From assembly GCA_965203265.1 (NCBI GenBank), contig CBDBBV010000002.1:1362773-1426772 (forward strand): DNA of 64,000 bases. Reading direction: 5' to 3'. The position numbers and the translations under genes are program-made. The DNA is from Candidatus Poriferihabitaceae bacterium (GTDB lineage Bacteria > Pseudomonadota > Gammaproteobacteria > Arenicellales > Poriferihabitantaceae). This document shows positions 8,939 to 20,800 of this stretch, one piece after another; positions within the stretch are counted from its first letter, which is position 1, and every line of letters begins with the position of its first letter. Below the pieces are notes generated by a model. The model was not told the origin of the DNA. It made no database searches and was given only the letters and a program-made list of their open reading frames with translations.

Positions 8939-10624
8939 ATGCCAACCAATGAAGCCCCGCCGGAACGCGAATCCATGGCGGTCGATGTGGTCATAGTCGG
9001 TGCCGGGCCGGCCGGATTGTCCGCCGCCTGCCGATTGATGCAACGGGCTCGCTCGGCCGAACGGGAACTGTCCGTGGTGGTGCTGGAAAAGGGATCGGAG
9101 GTGGGCGCGCACATCCTCTCCGGCGCCGTGTTCGAGCCGCGCGCGATGGATGAATTGTTTCCCGACTGGAAACAGCTCGGAGCGCCGCTCGATACGCCGG
9201 TCTCGGCCGATCGGGTATACATGCTGCGAAACGCCGAAAAGGCCATCGCCATGCCCCACTGGATGGTGCCGAAACCGATGCGCAATCAGGGCAACTACAT
9301 TGTCAGTCTCGGCGATGTATGCCGTTGGCTCGGGCAGCAGGCCGAATCCCTCGGCGTGGAAATTTTCCCGGGTTTCCCGGCGTCCGAGGTGCTGTACCAC
9401 GAAGACGGCGGCATCAAGGGCGTCGCCACCGGAGAAATGGGGCGCGCCGCCGACGGCGAGCGCAAGGGGTCGTTCGAGGCCGGCATGGAATTGCACGCCC
9501 AAGTAACGATCTTCGCCGAGGGCTGCCGCGGCCACCTCGGCAAACAATTGATCGACCAATTCCAGCTGGACGCCGAGAGACAAACTCAGCATTACGCCAT
9601 CGGCATCAAGGAACTGTGGCAAATCGATCCGAGCAAGCACGAACCCGGTCTGGTGGTGCACGGCGCCGGCTGGCCGCTGTCCGAGAGCGGCGCTTCCGGC
9701 GGCTCGTTCCTCTACCATCTCGGCGACAATCTGGTATCTCTTGGGTTGATCACCGATCTGTCGTATCAAAACCCCCACCTCAGCCCCTTCGATGAACTGC
9801 AGCGGCTGAAGCACCACCCGGTGTTCAAAACGCATCTCGAAGGCGGCGAGCGCATCTCCTACGGCGCCCGCGCCATCACCAAGGGGGGCTTGAATGCGCT
9901 GCCGAAGATGGTGCTGCCCAACGGACTGCTCATCGGCTGCGACGCCGGTACCCTCAATTTCTCCAAGATCAAGGGCTCCCACACGGCCATGAAATCCGGC
10001 ATGTTGGCCGCCGAGGCCGCGTTCGAGGCGCTCGCCGACGGCGGCGCGGCGCTGGATTCCTATCCGCGCCGCTTGCGCGAGTCGTGGCTCTACCGGGAGC
10101 TGTACCGCTCGCGCAATTTCGGTGCGGCGCTGCACAAATTCGGCATGTGGATGGGCGGCGCCTACAATTACCTCGACCAGAACCTGTGCAACGGCAAACT
10201 GCCATTGAAGCTGACCGACCCGGTAGCGGACTGCGACACCCTGCGACCGGCATCCGAGTGCGCGCCCATTCCCTACCCCAAGCCCGACGGCAAAATCAGT
10301 TTCGACAAGACCTCATCGGTGTATCTGTCCAACACCAATCACGAGGAGGATCAGCCGGTGCACCTGCGCCTGAGCGAGCCGTCTCGGGCGGTGGCGATCA
10401 ACCTCGACAAATACGCCGGCCCCGAGGCGCGCTTCTGCCCAGCCGGCGTGTACGAATTCCTCGCCACCGAAGACTCGGCGGCGGCGGCCACGGCCACGGC
10501 GGAACTTCGCATCAACGCGCAAAATTGCGTGCATTGCAAAACCTGCGACATCAAGGATCCCACCCGCAACATCACCTGGGTAAGCCCGGAGGGCGGCGGC
10601 GGGCCGAATTATGTGAGCATGTAG
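8939..10624 (+). CDS. electron-transfer flavoprotein:ubiquinone oxidoreductase (ETF-QO)
   Basis: ATG at 8939 after GAGGAG. It has the FAD fingerprint VDVVIVGAGPAGLSAA and the C-terminal 4Fe-4S motif NAQNCVHCKTCDIKDP. Confidence 0.9.
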   Translation: MPTNEAPPERESMAVDVVIVGAGPAGLSAACRLMQRARSAERELSVVVLEKGSEVGAHILSGAVFEPRAMDELFPDWKQLGAPLDTPVSADRVYMLRNAEKAIAMPHWMVPKPMRNQGNYIVSLGDVCRWLGQQAESLGVEIFPGFPASEVLYHEDGGIKGVATGEMGRAADGERKGSFEAGMELHAQVTIFAEGCRGHLGKQLIDQFQLDAERQTQHYAIGIKELWQIDPSKHEPGLVVHGAGWPLSESGASGGSFLYHLGDNLVSLGLITDLSYQNPHLSPFDELQRLKHHPVFKTHLEGGERISYGARAITKGGLNALPKMVLPNGLLIGCDAGTLNFSKIKGSHTAMKSGMLAAEAAFEALADGGAALDSYPRRLRESWLYRELYRSRNFGAALHKFGMWMGGAYNYLDQNLCNGKLPLKLTDPVADCDTLRPASECAPIPYPKPDGKISFDKTSSVYLSNTNHEEDQPVHLRLSEPSRAVAINLDKYAGPEARFCPAGVYEFLATEDSAAAATATAELRINAQNCVHCKTCDIKDPTRNITWVSPEGGGGPNYVSM

Positions 10625-10661
10625 CCGTAGCCGCGCCCGCGTGCGCCCTGCCCTTTCCCCT

Positions 10662-13600
10662 TCAGTCCACCCACACCCGCGCATTGCGGAAAATCCGGAT
10701 CCACGGGCTGTATTCCCCCCAATCGTCCTCGCCATCGGGCCGCCAGGAATTGCACACGGCGCGAAACACCCGTTCCGGATGGGGCATCATGATGGTGAAC
10801 CGCCCGTCCTCGTTGGTGAAGCCGGTTACGCCGCCGGGGGAGCCATTGGGATTTGCCGGATAGACCTCGCTGGCGCGCCCGTGGTTGTCGACGAAGCGCA
10901 GACCGATCTGTTGGCGGCGCTCCAGCCGGGCGAGATCGCCGGCGGCGAATTCCGCCCGACCCTCGCCGTGGGCGGTTGACACCGGCAGCATGGTGCCGCG
11001 CATCCCGCGCAGCAGCACCGACTCGTCCGAGCACACCTCCACCATGGCCACGCGGGCTTCGTACTGCTCCGAGCGGTTGCGCGCGAAGCCGGGCCAGTGC
11101 GCCGCGCCGGGTATCAACTCCTTGATGGCCGCCATCATCTGACAACCATTGCAGACGCCCAGAGCGAAGGTGTCCGCACGCGCGAAGAACTCGGCGAAAA
11201 TGTCCCGCAGCCGGGAGTTGTACAGAATGGACTTGGCCCACCCCTCTCCGGCTCCCAGCACATCACCGAAGGAAAACCCGCCGCACGCGGCCAAGCCCTT
11301 GTAGCGCACCAGCGACCGATCGGCGGCGAGATCGCTCATGGTTACATCCACCGCGGCAAAACCGGCGCGGTCGAACGCCGCCGCCATTTCCAGCTGGCCG
11401 TTGACTCCCTGCTCGCGCAGGATGGCGATCTTCGGGCGCTGTCGGCGCGTCGCAAACGGCGCGGTGATGTCCGTCTTGTGGTCGAAGGTCAGCCGGGAAA
11501 ACAGCCCCGAATCGTCGCGCGCCTCGATGCGCGCGTATTCCTCATCGGCGCACGCCGGGTTGTCGCGCAACTTCTGCATGCGCCAAGTGGTCTCGGACCA
11601 AGTGCGCTGCAGCGCCACGCGCGCCACCCGCAGCAAGGTCTCGCCGCCGCGAGTGATGTCGATGTGGTCGTCTTCGCTGATGCGGCCGATGCGATGAGCC
11701 GCCTCCCCCAGCCCGAATTGGCGGATTTGCGCCGCAATGGCATCGCGCTCGGCGCGGCGGGTCTGGATTACCGCGCCCAACTCCTCGGTAAAGAGCACCG
11801 CGAGGGGGGGGCCAGCCAGCCGGTCCAGCTCGATATGCAGGCCGCAGCGCGAGGCGAATGCCATCTCGCACAGGGTGGCCATCGCGCCGCCGTCCGAGCG
11901 GTCGTGGTAGGCCAGTATGCGCCGCTGGCGGGCGAGGGATTGAATCAGCTCGAAGAATTGCCGTAGCAGGTTGGCATCGTCCACATCCGGCGCCGAGTCA
12001 CCCATCTGCGCGCTCACCTGCGCCAGCACCGAGCCGCCCAAGCGGTTACGGCCGAGGCTCAAATCCAGCAGCCACAGGTCGCTGCCGTCTTTGCCGAGGC
12101 GGCAATCCAGCCGAGGCGTCAGGGTATGGCGGATGTCGTCCACCGCGGCGAACGCCGTTACCACCAGCGAAACCGGCGAAACCGCCTTGCATTCGCGCTC
12201 GGCTCGGTCGCGCCACACGGTTTTCATCGACATCGAGTCCTTGCCCACCGGAATCGATATACCCAGTTGCGGACACAGGTCGAGTGCAACCGCGCGCACC
12301 GCCCGAAACAAGTCGGCGTCCTGACCGGATTCGCCGGCGGCGGCCATCCAGTTGGCCGACAGTTTGATATTGCCGATGGTGCCGATGCGCGCCGCGGCGA
12401 TATTGGTGATCGCCTCGCCCACGGCCATGCGGCCACTGGCGGGAGCGTCGAGCACGGCCAGCGGCGTACGCTCGCCGAGGGCGACCGCTTCGCCGGTATG
12501 GGTGTGATAGTCGTCGGCGACCACGCCCACATCCGCCACCGGCACCTGCCACGGGCCGACCATCTGATCTCTGGCGACCAAGCCGCCGACGCTGCGGTCG
12601 CCGATGGTTACCAAGAAAGTCTTGTCGGCCACCGTAGGGAAAGCCAGCACCTGTTCAGTGGCGCGCCGCAGGGACAGGCCATCCAAGCGCAACTTCGCGC
12701 GTGCGCCGGGGGCGCTGACGGCATCCAAATTCATCTTCGGCGGCGAGCCGAACAACATCGCCATTTGCAAATCCACCGGAGTCGCGTGCGGCTTCCCCTG
12801 CGCGGCAAAATGCTCGTCGCGCACCAGCAGATTCTGCGCCGCATCGGCGCGCCCCACCTCGGCGTAGGGGCAACGCTCCCGCCGGCAGATCGCCTCGAAC
12901 TCGGCAAAACGAGACGGCGCCACCGCCAGCACATATCGTTCCTGCGATTCATTGCACCACACCTGCATCGGCGTCATGCCCGATTCGTCGCTGTGCACTC
13001 GCCGCAATTCGAAAGTGCCGCCGCGCGCGCAATCGTGCAACAGCTCCGGCAAGGCATTGCACAGTCCACCGGCGCCGACATCGTGGATGGAGACGATGGG
13101 ATTGCCTTTACCCAGCGCGCAGCAGGTGTCGATGACTTCCTGACAGCGCCGCTGCATTTCCGCGTTGCCGCGCTGCACCGAGGCGTAATCGAGCGTTTCC
13201 GAGCGGTTGCCGGAAGCGACGCTGGAGGCGGCGCCGCCGCCCAGCCCGATCAACATGGCCGGACCGCCGAGTACGACTATGGGGGCGCCTTCGGGGATGG
13301 TGTCCTTGCGGATGTGTTGTGGGCGGATGGCGCCGATGCCGCCGGCCAGCATGATCGGCTTGTGGTAGGCGTGGCGGAAGGCGCCGTCGCCGCCGGGCGG
13401 AATCTGCTCGAAGGCGCGGAAGTAACCGGCGATGGCGGGTCGCCCGAATTCGTTGTTGAAGGCGGCGGCGCCGATGGGCGCTTCCAGCATGATGCGCAGC
13501 GGCGAGGCGATGCGCGCCGGTTTGCATTCGTCCCCCTCCCACGGGCGGCGGCAATCCGGTAGCCGCAGGTGCGACACCGAATAGCCGACTATGCCCACCT

Positions 13601-14633
13601 TGGGTTTGCCGCCTCGGCCGGTGGCGCCTTCGTCTCGGATTTCCCCACCGGCGCCGGTGGCCGCGCCGGCGTAGGGGGAAATGGCGGTGGGGTGATTGTG
13701 GGTTTCCACCTTGGCGGTGATGTGGATGAGTTCCCGCCGATTGGTGAATATTCGGGTGCGCGGGTCGGCGCGAAAGCAGGTGGTCGTGCCGCCCGCCAGA
13801 ATCGCGGCGTTGTCGTCGTAGGCGACCAAGGTGCCGTGGCCGTGCTGCCGGTGGGTTTCGCGGATCATGGCGAACGGCGAACGATCCGCCGCTTGCCCGT
13901 CCACCCGCCAGTCGGCGTTGAAAATCTTGTGGCGGCAATGCTCGGAATTGACCTGCGCGAACATCATCAATTCCACATCCGTGGGATTGCGCCCAAGCTG
14001 GGCGAATTGCGCCGCCAGATAACGCCGTTCCGCCGCGCTCAGGGCGAAACCCAGCTCCATCTCGGCCTGTTCGAGGGCCTGCAAACCGCCGCCGAGAATA
14101 TCGATGACGGCGAGGGGTGCGGGCGGGGCGCGATGAAACAACTTTGCCGCGGCGGCGCGATCGGGCAACACCGATTCGGTCATGGCGTCGTGAATGATCG
14201 GCAATACCGCGTCGATAACCGAGTCAGCCGGTGTGCCTGAGATGCCGAGACGCCACTCGACCCCCCGCTCGATCCGCTCGACCGCGCCCAGCCCGCAGCG
14301 ATGCAGAATATCGGTGGCCTTGCTCGACCACGGTGAGATCGTGCCGATTCGCGGCGTTACCACGCGGACGAAGGCGGCGGCGTCAGCGTCGGCATCGGCG
14401 GGCGGTTGGCTGGAATGGCCATCGCGCTGGCGCAACAGGCGCTGCAGAATGGCTTGATCGTCAGGGGATAACTCGCCTTCGACCACGGCAAAGTGGATGA
14501 AACGGGCGTGGGCGGCGCGGCACTCCGGCACGACCGATTGCAGTTGCCGCAATATCTTGGCGGCGCGAAACGCGGACAACGCCTCGCCGCCGGGGATGAC
14601 CAACATGTTGTCGAACGATTTTGCTTGCGCCAC
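10662..14633 (-). CDS. purL: phosphoribosylformylglycinamidine synthase (large single-chain PurL)
   Basis: 1323 aa. The N-terminus is MAQAKSFDNMLVIPGGEALSAFRAAKILRQL. The C-terminal GATase domain carries the motif ALGVCNGCQMM. Confidence 0.95.
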   Translation of the reverse strand: MAQAKSFDNMLVIPGGEALSAFRAAKILRQLQSVVPECRAAHARFIHFAVVEGELSPDDQAILQRLLRQRDGHSSQPPADADADAAAFVRVVTPRIGTISPWSSKATDILHRCGLGAVERIERGVEWRLGISGTPADSVIDAVLPIIHDAMTESVLPDRAAAAKLFHRAPPAPLAVIDILGGGLQALEQAEMELGFALSAAERRYLAAQFAQLGRNPTDVELMMFAQVNSEHCRHKIFNADWRVDGQAADRSPFAMIRETHRQHGHGTLVAYDDNAAILAGGTTTCFRADPRTRIFTNRRELIHITAKVETHNHPTAISPYAGAATGAGGEIRDEGATGRGGKPKVGIVGYSVSHLRLPDCRRPWEGDECKPARIASPLRIMLEAPIGAAAFNNEFGRPAIAGYFRAFEQIPPGGDGAFRHAYHKPIMLAGGIGAIRPQHIRKDTIPEGAPIVVLGGPAMLIGLGGGAASSVASGNRSETLDYASVQRGNAEMQRRCQEVIDTCCALGKGNPIVSIHDVGAGGLCNALPELLHDCARGGTFELRRVHSDESGMTPMQVWCNESQERYVLAVAPSRFAEFEAICRRERCPYAEVGRADAAQNLLVRDEHFAAQGKPHATPVDLQMAMLFGSPPKMNLDAVSAPGARAKLRLDGLSLRRATEQVLAFPTVADKTFLVTIGDRSVGGLVARDQMVGPWQVPVADVGVVADDYHTHTGEAVALGERTPLAVLDAPASGRMAVGEAITNIAAARIGTIGNIKLSANWMAAAGESGQDADLFRAVRAVALDLCPQLGISIPVGKDSMSMKTVWRDRAERECKAVSPVSLVVTAFAAVDDIRHTLTPRLDCRLGKDGSDLWLLDLSLGRNRLGGSVLAQVSAQMGDSAPDVDDANLLRQFFELIQSLARQRRILAYHDRSDGGAMATLCEMAFASRCGLHIELDRLAGPPLAVLFTEELGAVIQTRRAERDAIAAQIRQFGLGEAAHRIGRISEDDHIDITRGGETLLRVARVALQRTWSETTWRMQKLRDNPACADEEYARIEARDDSGLFSRLTFDHKTDITAPFATRRQRPKIAILREQGVNGQLEMAAAFDRAGFAAVDVTMSDLAADRSLVRYKGLAACGGFSFGDVLGAGEGWAKSILYNSRLRDIFAEFFARADTFALGVCNGCQMMAAIKELIPGAAHWPGFARNRSEQYEARVAMVEVCSDESVLLRGMRGTMLPVSTAHGEGRAEFAAGDLARLERRQQIGLRFVDNHGRASEVYPANPNGSPGGVTGFTNEDGRFTIMMPHPERVFRAVCNSWRPDGEDDWGEYSPWIRIFRNARVWVD

Positions 14634-14865
14634 TCGGTTATCGATCTACCGACTCACTGAATTGCGGCTTGCGGATTGCGGGTCGCCATGCCGCGTCTAG
14701 CCGTCTGTGTTGGGGCATTTCAATCTGCCGGTGAAGCGCCGTGGGGAAAGCGGTATGGTACTTGCGCCGCCATCGGGAAACAAGTTTTTCCTCGACCGGA
14801 TCGGCATCGGCAGTCAGCCGTTTTACTTGGTAGAATCCCGTCCGTTTTCCCCCGACAACACCATA

Positions 14866-15609
14866 ATGAACGATACCCCGCAACTGCGCGTCGGCCTGTT
14901 GTTGTGCGACGATGTCGATGAACCGGCGCGCGCCGACCACGGCACCTATCTCAGCATGTTCAGTCAGGGCATCCACGCCACCGACCGCAATCTGCGACTG
15001 CTGCCGGTGCGCTGCCATCGGGGGGAAATGCCCGACTCGCCGGACGATTTCGACGGCTATCTGATTTCCGGCTCGCGTCACGCCGCCTACGATCCGCTGC
15101 CGTGGATCGAGCAACTGGGGGATTTCGTGCGCCGTTGCCGAGCGCGCCGCAAAAAGACCGTGGGCATCTGCTTCGGCCACCAACTGATCGCCCACGCCCT
15201 CGGCGGCGAGACGCGCCGCGCCGAGGTCGGTTGGGGCCTCGGCATCCACACCGCCCGCATCACCGCACCGCAGGCGTGGATGGGCGATGTGCAAAACGGC
15301 GGGCTGCGCGCCCCGAGCCACTACAATCTGGTGGTCGTGCATCAGGATCAGGTGGTCAGCCTGCCGCCCGGCGCCCGCGCGATCGCGCAAAACGACTTCT
15401 GCCCCATCAGCATGTTCGTCGCCGACGAGGTCATGCTCGGCATTCAGGGACACCCGGAATTCAGCCGGGAATTCGGCGTGGCCAGAGTAGACAGCCGCAA
15501 GGCGCAGCTTGCCCCCGACCTGTACCGGCAATCTCGCGCCTCCCTCGAGCGGCTGGCGTTGGATTCCGCGCAGGTGCTCGGCTGGGTGGCGCGATTCCTG
15601 CGCGGCTGA
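14866..15609 (+). CDS. class-I glutamine amidotransferase-like protein (GMP-synthase-type GATase1 domain)
   Basis: Trimmed to MNDTPQLRVGLLLCDDVDE. The nucleophile elbow is GICFGHQLIAHALGG and a HPEF motif is present. Confidence 0.75.
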   Translation: MNDTPQLRVGLLLCDDVDEPARADHGTYLSMFSQGIHATDRNLRLLPVRCHRGEMPDSPDDFDGYLISGSRHAAYDPLPWIEQLGDFVRRCRARRKKTVGICFGHQLIAHALGGETRRAEVGWGLGIHTARITAPQAWMGDVQNGGLRAPSHYNLVVVHQDQVVSLPPGARAIAQNDFCPISMFVADEVMLGIQGHPEFSREFGVARVDSRKAQLAPDLYRQSRASLERLALDSAQVLGWVARFLRG

Positions 15610-15634
15610 GGCGACCGAGGCGAGCCGAGGCGCC

Positions 15635-16288
15635 ATGACCTGGATCGCCCTGCTTCGCCACGGCGTTACCGAATGGAATGAACGCGGCCTGATTCAGGGG
15701 CAAACCGACATCCCGTTGAGCGCGAGCGGGCTGGCGAAACTGCGCCGAATCCAGCCCGGCGACGAGTTTCTGCGGGCGCGCTGGGTGACCAGCCCGCTGC
15801 AACGCGCGCGGCAGACCGCCGCCGCCCTCAACCCCCGCGCGGCGGCGGAAGTCCACCCGCACTTGATCGAAGCCGACTGGGGGGAATTCGAGGGGCTGCG
15901 CCGGGATGAAGTGCCCCAGCGGATTCGCGACCTGGCCCTCGTGCCGGCCTGCGGGCTCGACTTCCGACCGCCCGCCGGGGAAAGCCCGCGCATGGTGCGG
16001 GAAAGACTGTTGAGATGGTGCGCGAAAATTGCCGCCGAGGACAGCGACAGCGCGGCGGCGGTGGTCGCGGTAACCCACAAGGGCGTCATTCGCAGCGCGC
16101 TGAGCGCCGCCTGCGGTTGGCAGATGGAGGCGGATTTCGAGACGACACCGGACTGGTCGCTACCGCATATCTTCCGTTTCGACAGCAGTAGCGGCAGCCT
16201 ACGCCTCGTGCGCCTGAATTGCCCGTGGCAGCAGGCGCCGCAACCTCATGCGGATCAAACGGATCACGAGGCAGCGCCGCCGTCCTGA
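15635..16288 (+). CDS. histidine phosphatase (phosphoglycerate mutase) family protein
   Basis: MTWIALLRHGVTEWNERGLIQGQTDIPLS contains the RHG catalytic motif. Confidence 0.8.
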   Translation: MTWIALLRHGVTEWNERGLIQGQTDIPLSASGLAKLRRIQPGDEFLRARWVTSPLQRARQTAAALNPRAAAEVHPHLIEADWGEFEGLRRDEVPQRIRDLALVPACGLDFRPPAGESPRMVRERLLRWCAKIAAEDSDSAAAVVAVTHKGVIRSALSAACGWQMEADFETTPDWSLPHIFRFDSSSGSLRLVRLNCPWQQAPQPHADQTDHEAAPPS

Positions 16289-16944
16289 TCCGCCGCAGCC
16301 GCCTGTTCGGCGTACAGTGTGAGTACTTCGCCGATGTTGCGGCGCGCGCGCGCCTCGCACAGGTCGTGGAAAAACGGGGTCGAGTAGATGCGCTCGCGCG
16401 CCAGCAGATTTTCGAGGAAACGAGATTGGCCGCGCAGGAATTCGGCCTCGCTTATACCGAGACCGGCAACGAATTCCTTGCGGATGTTGTCGCCGTCTCG
16501 CCAGAACGACTGCGCCGGCATGCCGATGCCGCTCAAGTCCACATCGACGACAAATTGTGCCCCGTGGTCGGTGGGCGGTTCGCGGTGGGTGGTGCTCATT
16601 ATGTAGCCCTCGACCCGGCGTATCATTTCCGGCGGAAACCGGTCGGCGGCTTTCTCGATAAACCAATCGGCGCTGCGCCGCTCGTTGTCGGCGGCGCCGG
16701 ACTCGTAGATCACATCGTGGAACCAGATGGCCAGCTCGACACTGTCCGAATGCCCCAACTGCTCCGCCGCCAAGTCCATGCGCGACAGGCAGTCGTCGAT
16801 GTGGCCGCCGGTGTGATAGTGGCGATGGGGTTCGCCGTAGTGCGCCGCCAACTCCTCGAAAACGGCGCCCGCCAACTGCTCATCGGCAACCACGCCGGGG
16901 CGAAGGTTGCGTTGCCAGAGACGACAAAATCGAGATTTATCCAC
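16264..16944 (-). CDS. predicted HD-superfamily metal-dependent phosphohydrolase
   Basis: HYHTGGHIDDCL...AIWFHDVIYE has His/Asp spacing like an HD domain. The function is uncertain. Confidence 0.55.
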   Translation of the reverse strand: MDKSRFCRLWQRNLRPGVVADEQLAGAVFEELAAHYGEPHRHYHTGGHIDDCLSRMDLAAEQLGHSDSVELAIWFHDVIYESGAADNERRSADWFIEKAADRFPPEMIRRVEGYIMSTTHREPPTDHGAQFVVDVDLSGIGMPAQSFWRDGDNIRKEFVAGLGISEAEFLRGQSRFLENLLARERIYSTPFFHDLCEARARRNIGEVLTLYAEQAAAADQDGGAAS

Positions 16945-17065
16945 GGAATTTCTCGCAGTATGAGAGGCAATAATCGGGGATTAGAAGCCGATTAAACCAT
17001 ATCGGGACGAGTACCGCATTTCCGGGTATACTGCCTCGACTTCCAACGAAAACGGGTACCTCGCA

Positions 17066-17857
17066 ATGATCGTCGAACAAATCTGGACCGGCAACGCCTA
17101 CCGCAACTTCAACTACCTGATCGCCTGCCCGCAAACCGGCGAGGCCTTGGCCATCGATCCACTGGATCACCGCAAATGCCTCGCCCTCGCCCGCCAACGG
17201 GGATGGGAAATCACGCAGGTGGTCAACACCCACGAACATCAGGATCACATCGGCGGCAATCGCAAGGTGGTGGAGGCGACCGGCGCGAAAATTCTCGCCC
17301 ACAGCGGGGCGGCGGCGGCGATACCGGAGATGGATCGGGGCCTGGCCGCCGGCGACACCATCAAACTCGGCGCCACCGTGGAGCTGGAAGTGCTGGACAC
17401 GCCGGGCCACACCATGAGCCATGTCTGCCTGCTGTCGCACACCGATGTTCCGGCGTTGTTCTGCGGCGACACCCTGTTCAACGCCGGCGTCGGCAACTGC
17501 CACAACGGCGGCCATCCCGAGGAACTCTACCAAACCTTCGCCGATCAACTGGCCGCTTTGCCGGATGACACGATGATCTATCCGGGCCACGAGTATCTGG
17601 AAACCAACCTGCGATTCACCCTGGCACGCGAACCCGGCAACACCCGCGCTCAGAGCCTGCTCGACACCGCCTCGAATCAGGATCCGAACCACGCACTGGT
17701 AACCACTCTGGGCCTGGAGAAGCAAATCAACGCCTTCCTGCGCCTGCAAAATCCGGAGGTGATCGCCCAACTCAAACTGCGCTGCCCGGAATTGGTGGAC
17801 GAACCGGATGACAAGACCGTGTTTTTGAAACTGCGGGAATTGCGGAATGAGTGGTAG
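17066..17857 (+). CDS. gloB: MBL-fold hydrolase, hydroxyacylglutathione hydrolase-like
   Basis: Motif VNTHEHQDHIGGN (THxHxDH), then TPGHTMSHVC, and a length of 263 aa. Confidence 0.8.
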   Translation: MIVEQIWTGNAYRNFNYLIACPQTGEALAIDPLDHRKCLALARQRGWEITQVVNTHEHQDHIGGNRKVVEATGAKILAHSGAAAAIPEMDRGLAAGDTIKLGATVELEVLDTPGHTMSHVCLLSHTDVPALFCGDTLFNAGVGNCHNGGHPEELYQTFADQLAALPDDTMIYPGHEYLETNLRFTLAREPGNTRAQSLLDTASNQDPNHALVTTLGLEKQINAFLRLQNPEVIAQLKLRCPELVDEPDDKTVFLKLRELRNEW

Positions 17858-17877
17858 GGGTGGCGGCGCCTCGGTAG

Positions 17878-20800
17878 GTGGATATGGGAGGATGGCATCT
17901 TTCTCCGACACGTGACCCCCTTTGGATGAAGCGGAAAATGAACGATGTAGAAAAGAAACGGAAAGATTTTATCGAGAAGTTGGCTCGTAAAAATAGGAAG
18001 CTTTATGGAACATCCGATGGGAGCGGACTGCTGAGGGTAATCAAATTCGCTTTTGAGCATAGTTGGGTCTACGTCTTCGAACTGGTTCAAAATGCACTTG
18101 ATGCAGGTGCGCGCTCAGTTGCGCTTCGACTGACCGAAGACGGTGATTCCCTGATTTTTCAGCATGATGGAAATTGCCCTATCAAGAAAAAGGACGTTAA
18201 AGGACTCTCTAAGGTTCTACGATCTACCAAAGGCGCATCTTCCGTGGGCTTTATGGGCATCGGTTTCAAGAGCATCTTTACGCGATTTCAGGAGGTTCGG
18301 GTCTCTGGGTGGAGATGGACATTTCGCTACAAGGTTTCACAGCAGGTTGGTGGTAAATACGGAGACGTACAACGCGATTGGCTGGGGGCAGTGATTCCAA
18401 TCTGGGATGACACAATCGCCGCACCTGACGGTAGATTCACAACCCGTTTTGAAATGCGCCAACGAACGAAGAGAGATACGGATTTGAACTCCGATTTGAC
18501 ACACTTTCTTCCTGATAATGATTGTACATCCCTCGCAATTCTAGCAGTGTCTGGGCTGAAACGCCTCGAGATAAACGGTCGGATATGGAAATTGAACGTC
18601 AGCGCGGAACACAATGGAAGATCGGAGGCGACTGCTCTTTCGGAAGGAAAGATCCGGCGTTGGCGAGTTTTTCCAGTGGAATTCAAACCTTCCCGTGAAG
18701 CGGTCGCCTGTTTCCTCGAACACCGCGATATCCAACCAACCGAGGAAAAACGCGAGCAGGTGGAGGCGGAAGCTGCCCGCCCTCGCAAAGTGCTGGGAGT
18801 ACTACCTTTGGATGAAAATGGTATACCTGACCCACCACTCAGAGGACGTGTCTACGCCACCTTACCAACCGAGGTTACCGTGCCCTTTGGCCTCCACATC
18901 CATGCCGACTGGTTGTTGAATATATCGAGGAGCGGTTTTAAAGAACTTGAAGACAACCCGTGGCAGCGCGGTATCACGGACAAGATCGCGGACATTATTG
19001 GAGCATTCCTCGAGTGGTCCGCCGATACGCACACACAGCCCGATGCGGTGAAAGCAACGTTCAACGTCCTTGCACCACCGTTGCTCGAAGTAGGCGGTCT
19101 TGAAAAGCTTCTTGCCGAGGATAGCTGGCTGTCGAGATTGCGGAAACGTATTGAAGATTCTGCGGTATTCCCCGTCTGGACTGGTGAACCGAGCACCGTG
19201 AAGTTTGCGAAACCGGGTGAAATTCTTGTCCCTCCGAAACCGCTGACAGATGCATTTGAGGAAAAACCGGAATTACGGCCGACAGATCTCTTGAAAGGGC
19301 ATGTGCTCAGATATGACTTGCTTGGAGATGAGGCGCTTGAATTTCTGCGCCGAATTGGTTTTCTTACCGAAATGTCGCCGCGAGACTTGGAGCGTGCGTG
19401 GAAAGATGGTTTGGAGGAGTGGTGGAAAACACTCCCCAACAATAAGAAGGAGCGCCGTCAGCTGCTTTTCCGCATTTGGGCTGCTGTCGCTGACCTGTCC
19501 TACGATGAAGCATGGCGAGATGCCAAGCTCCCGTGCATCCGTTCCGTCACCGGGAAATGGCTTCCGGTGGATGAGGCCGCATTCATCAAAGGGAATCTAC
19601 CGAAAGAAGATCAGCCGGGCGGTGCTGAGACGCTTCAGTTCATGCAACCATTTATCAAGGATGAAAACCGCTTGCCGAACCAATGGATTACTGCGCTGGA
19701 TCAATGGTATAGCCAACCAGAGGATTCAGACCCAATGAAAAAAGCTTGGAAATGGATTAAGGATGAGGATAACGCAAAAAGCATTAGTCTCAAAGAAATT
19801 GTCGAGGACGCGATGAACACTCTGATATCCTCGACAACGCCTGACTGGTCGGTGCTCGTACCGTTTGGGCACTGGGCAAAGCACGGAAATCGCCATGACC
19901 TGTTGACTCACGTGCTCGTAGAATCAGAAGACAACCCGCAGGGTGTGCCAGTTAGAGAGGCACTCTTGGCCGACCCTTATATCGAACATGGGCAGGGCCG
20001 CCGATGCTTTTTTCCAGATATTCCCGCAATCGTGCCGGCTTATCTGGAACGGGACCCCAAGAACGCAGACGCCCGAGAATGGGGTGAGTTTTTCAAGAGG
20101 GCTGGCGCCCAAGGCCAGATTGAAGTGCTGCCAATAAAAAAGAAAGCCGGTCGATATGATAGGAATACAGTCGCAGAGTTTCTTTGTCGTCAAGTCGGAA
20201 AGGAGGACGAATCCAATGACGACGGTTATACGCTTACGGACTTCGATATCAATCCAGAGATTCCAGAATCAAATGCACCAGAAGAACAACGAATGGCTTT
20301 TGCGCTTTGGCTTAACGGCGAATTCAACGAACTGAAAGGCAAGGGAAAACGGCAAGCATCGTATTATTTCGGCAAACAGAAGCCCCCCCTCGAGGGGAAG
20401 GCACCTAGCATTTGGGTAAACAAACTATCCGAACTTGCCTGGATACCCTGCAAAGACGGAAAACTCAGGCAACCACGAGAGATACTTCGGCAGTTTGATC
20501 CCGCGCGGGAAGACGCGCCGGTCGCACAGTTATCGTCCGAGCTTATGGATGTGTTGGAAAAAGAAGGTGTGGAATTCGGTACGGATATTCCCGAAGCCAC
20601 AGCGCTCAGCCGCTTCTTGAATATTGCCTCCAAGCCCGATGCGAAAGAGCTTGCACAGTGTCTTTCCGAGTGTCGCAAACAGATAGAGACAGAAACAGAT
20701 AAAAATAGCTTCGTTCAATCTCTGCCAAACCTCAACATACCATTTGGCGATGACAAACACGTGCCACTCAACCGAATCGTCCGTCGAGCCGGAACGGGCT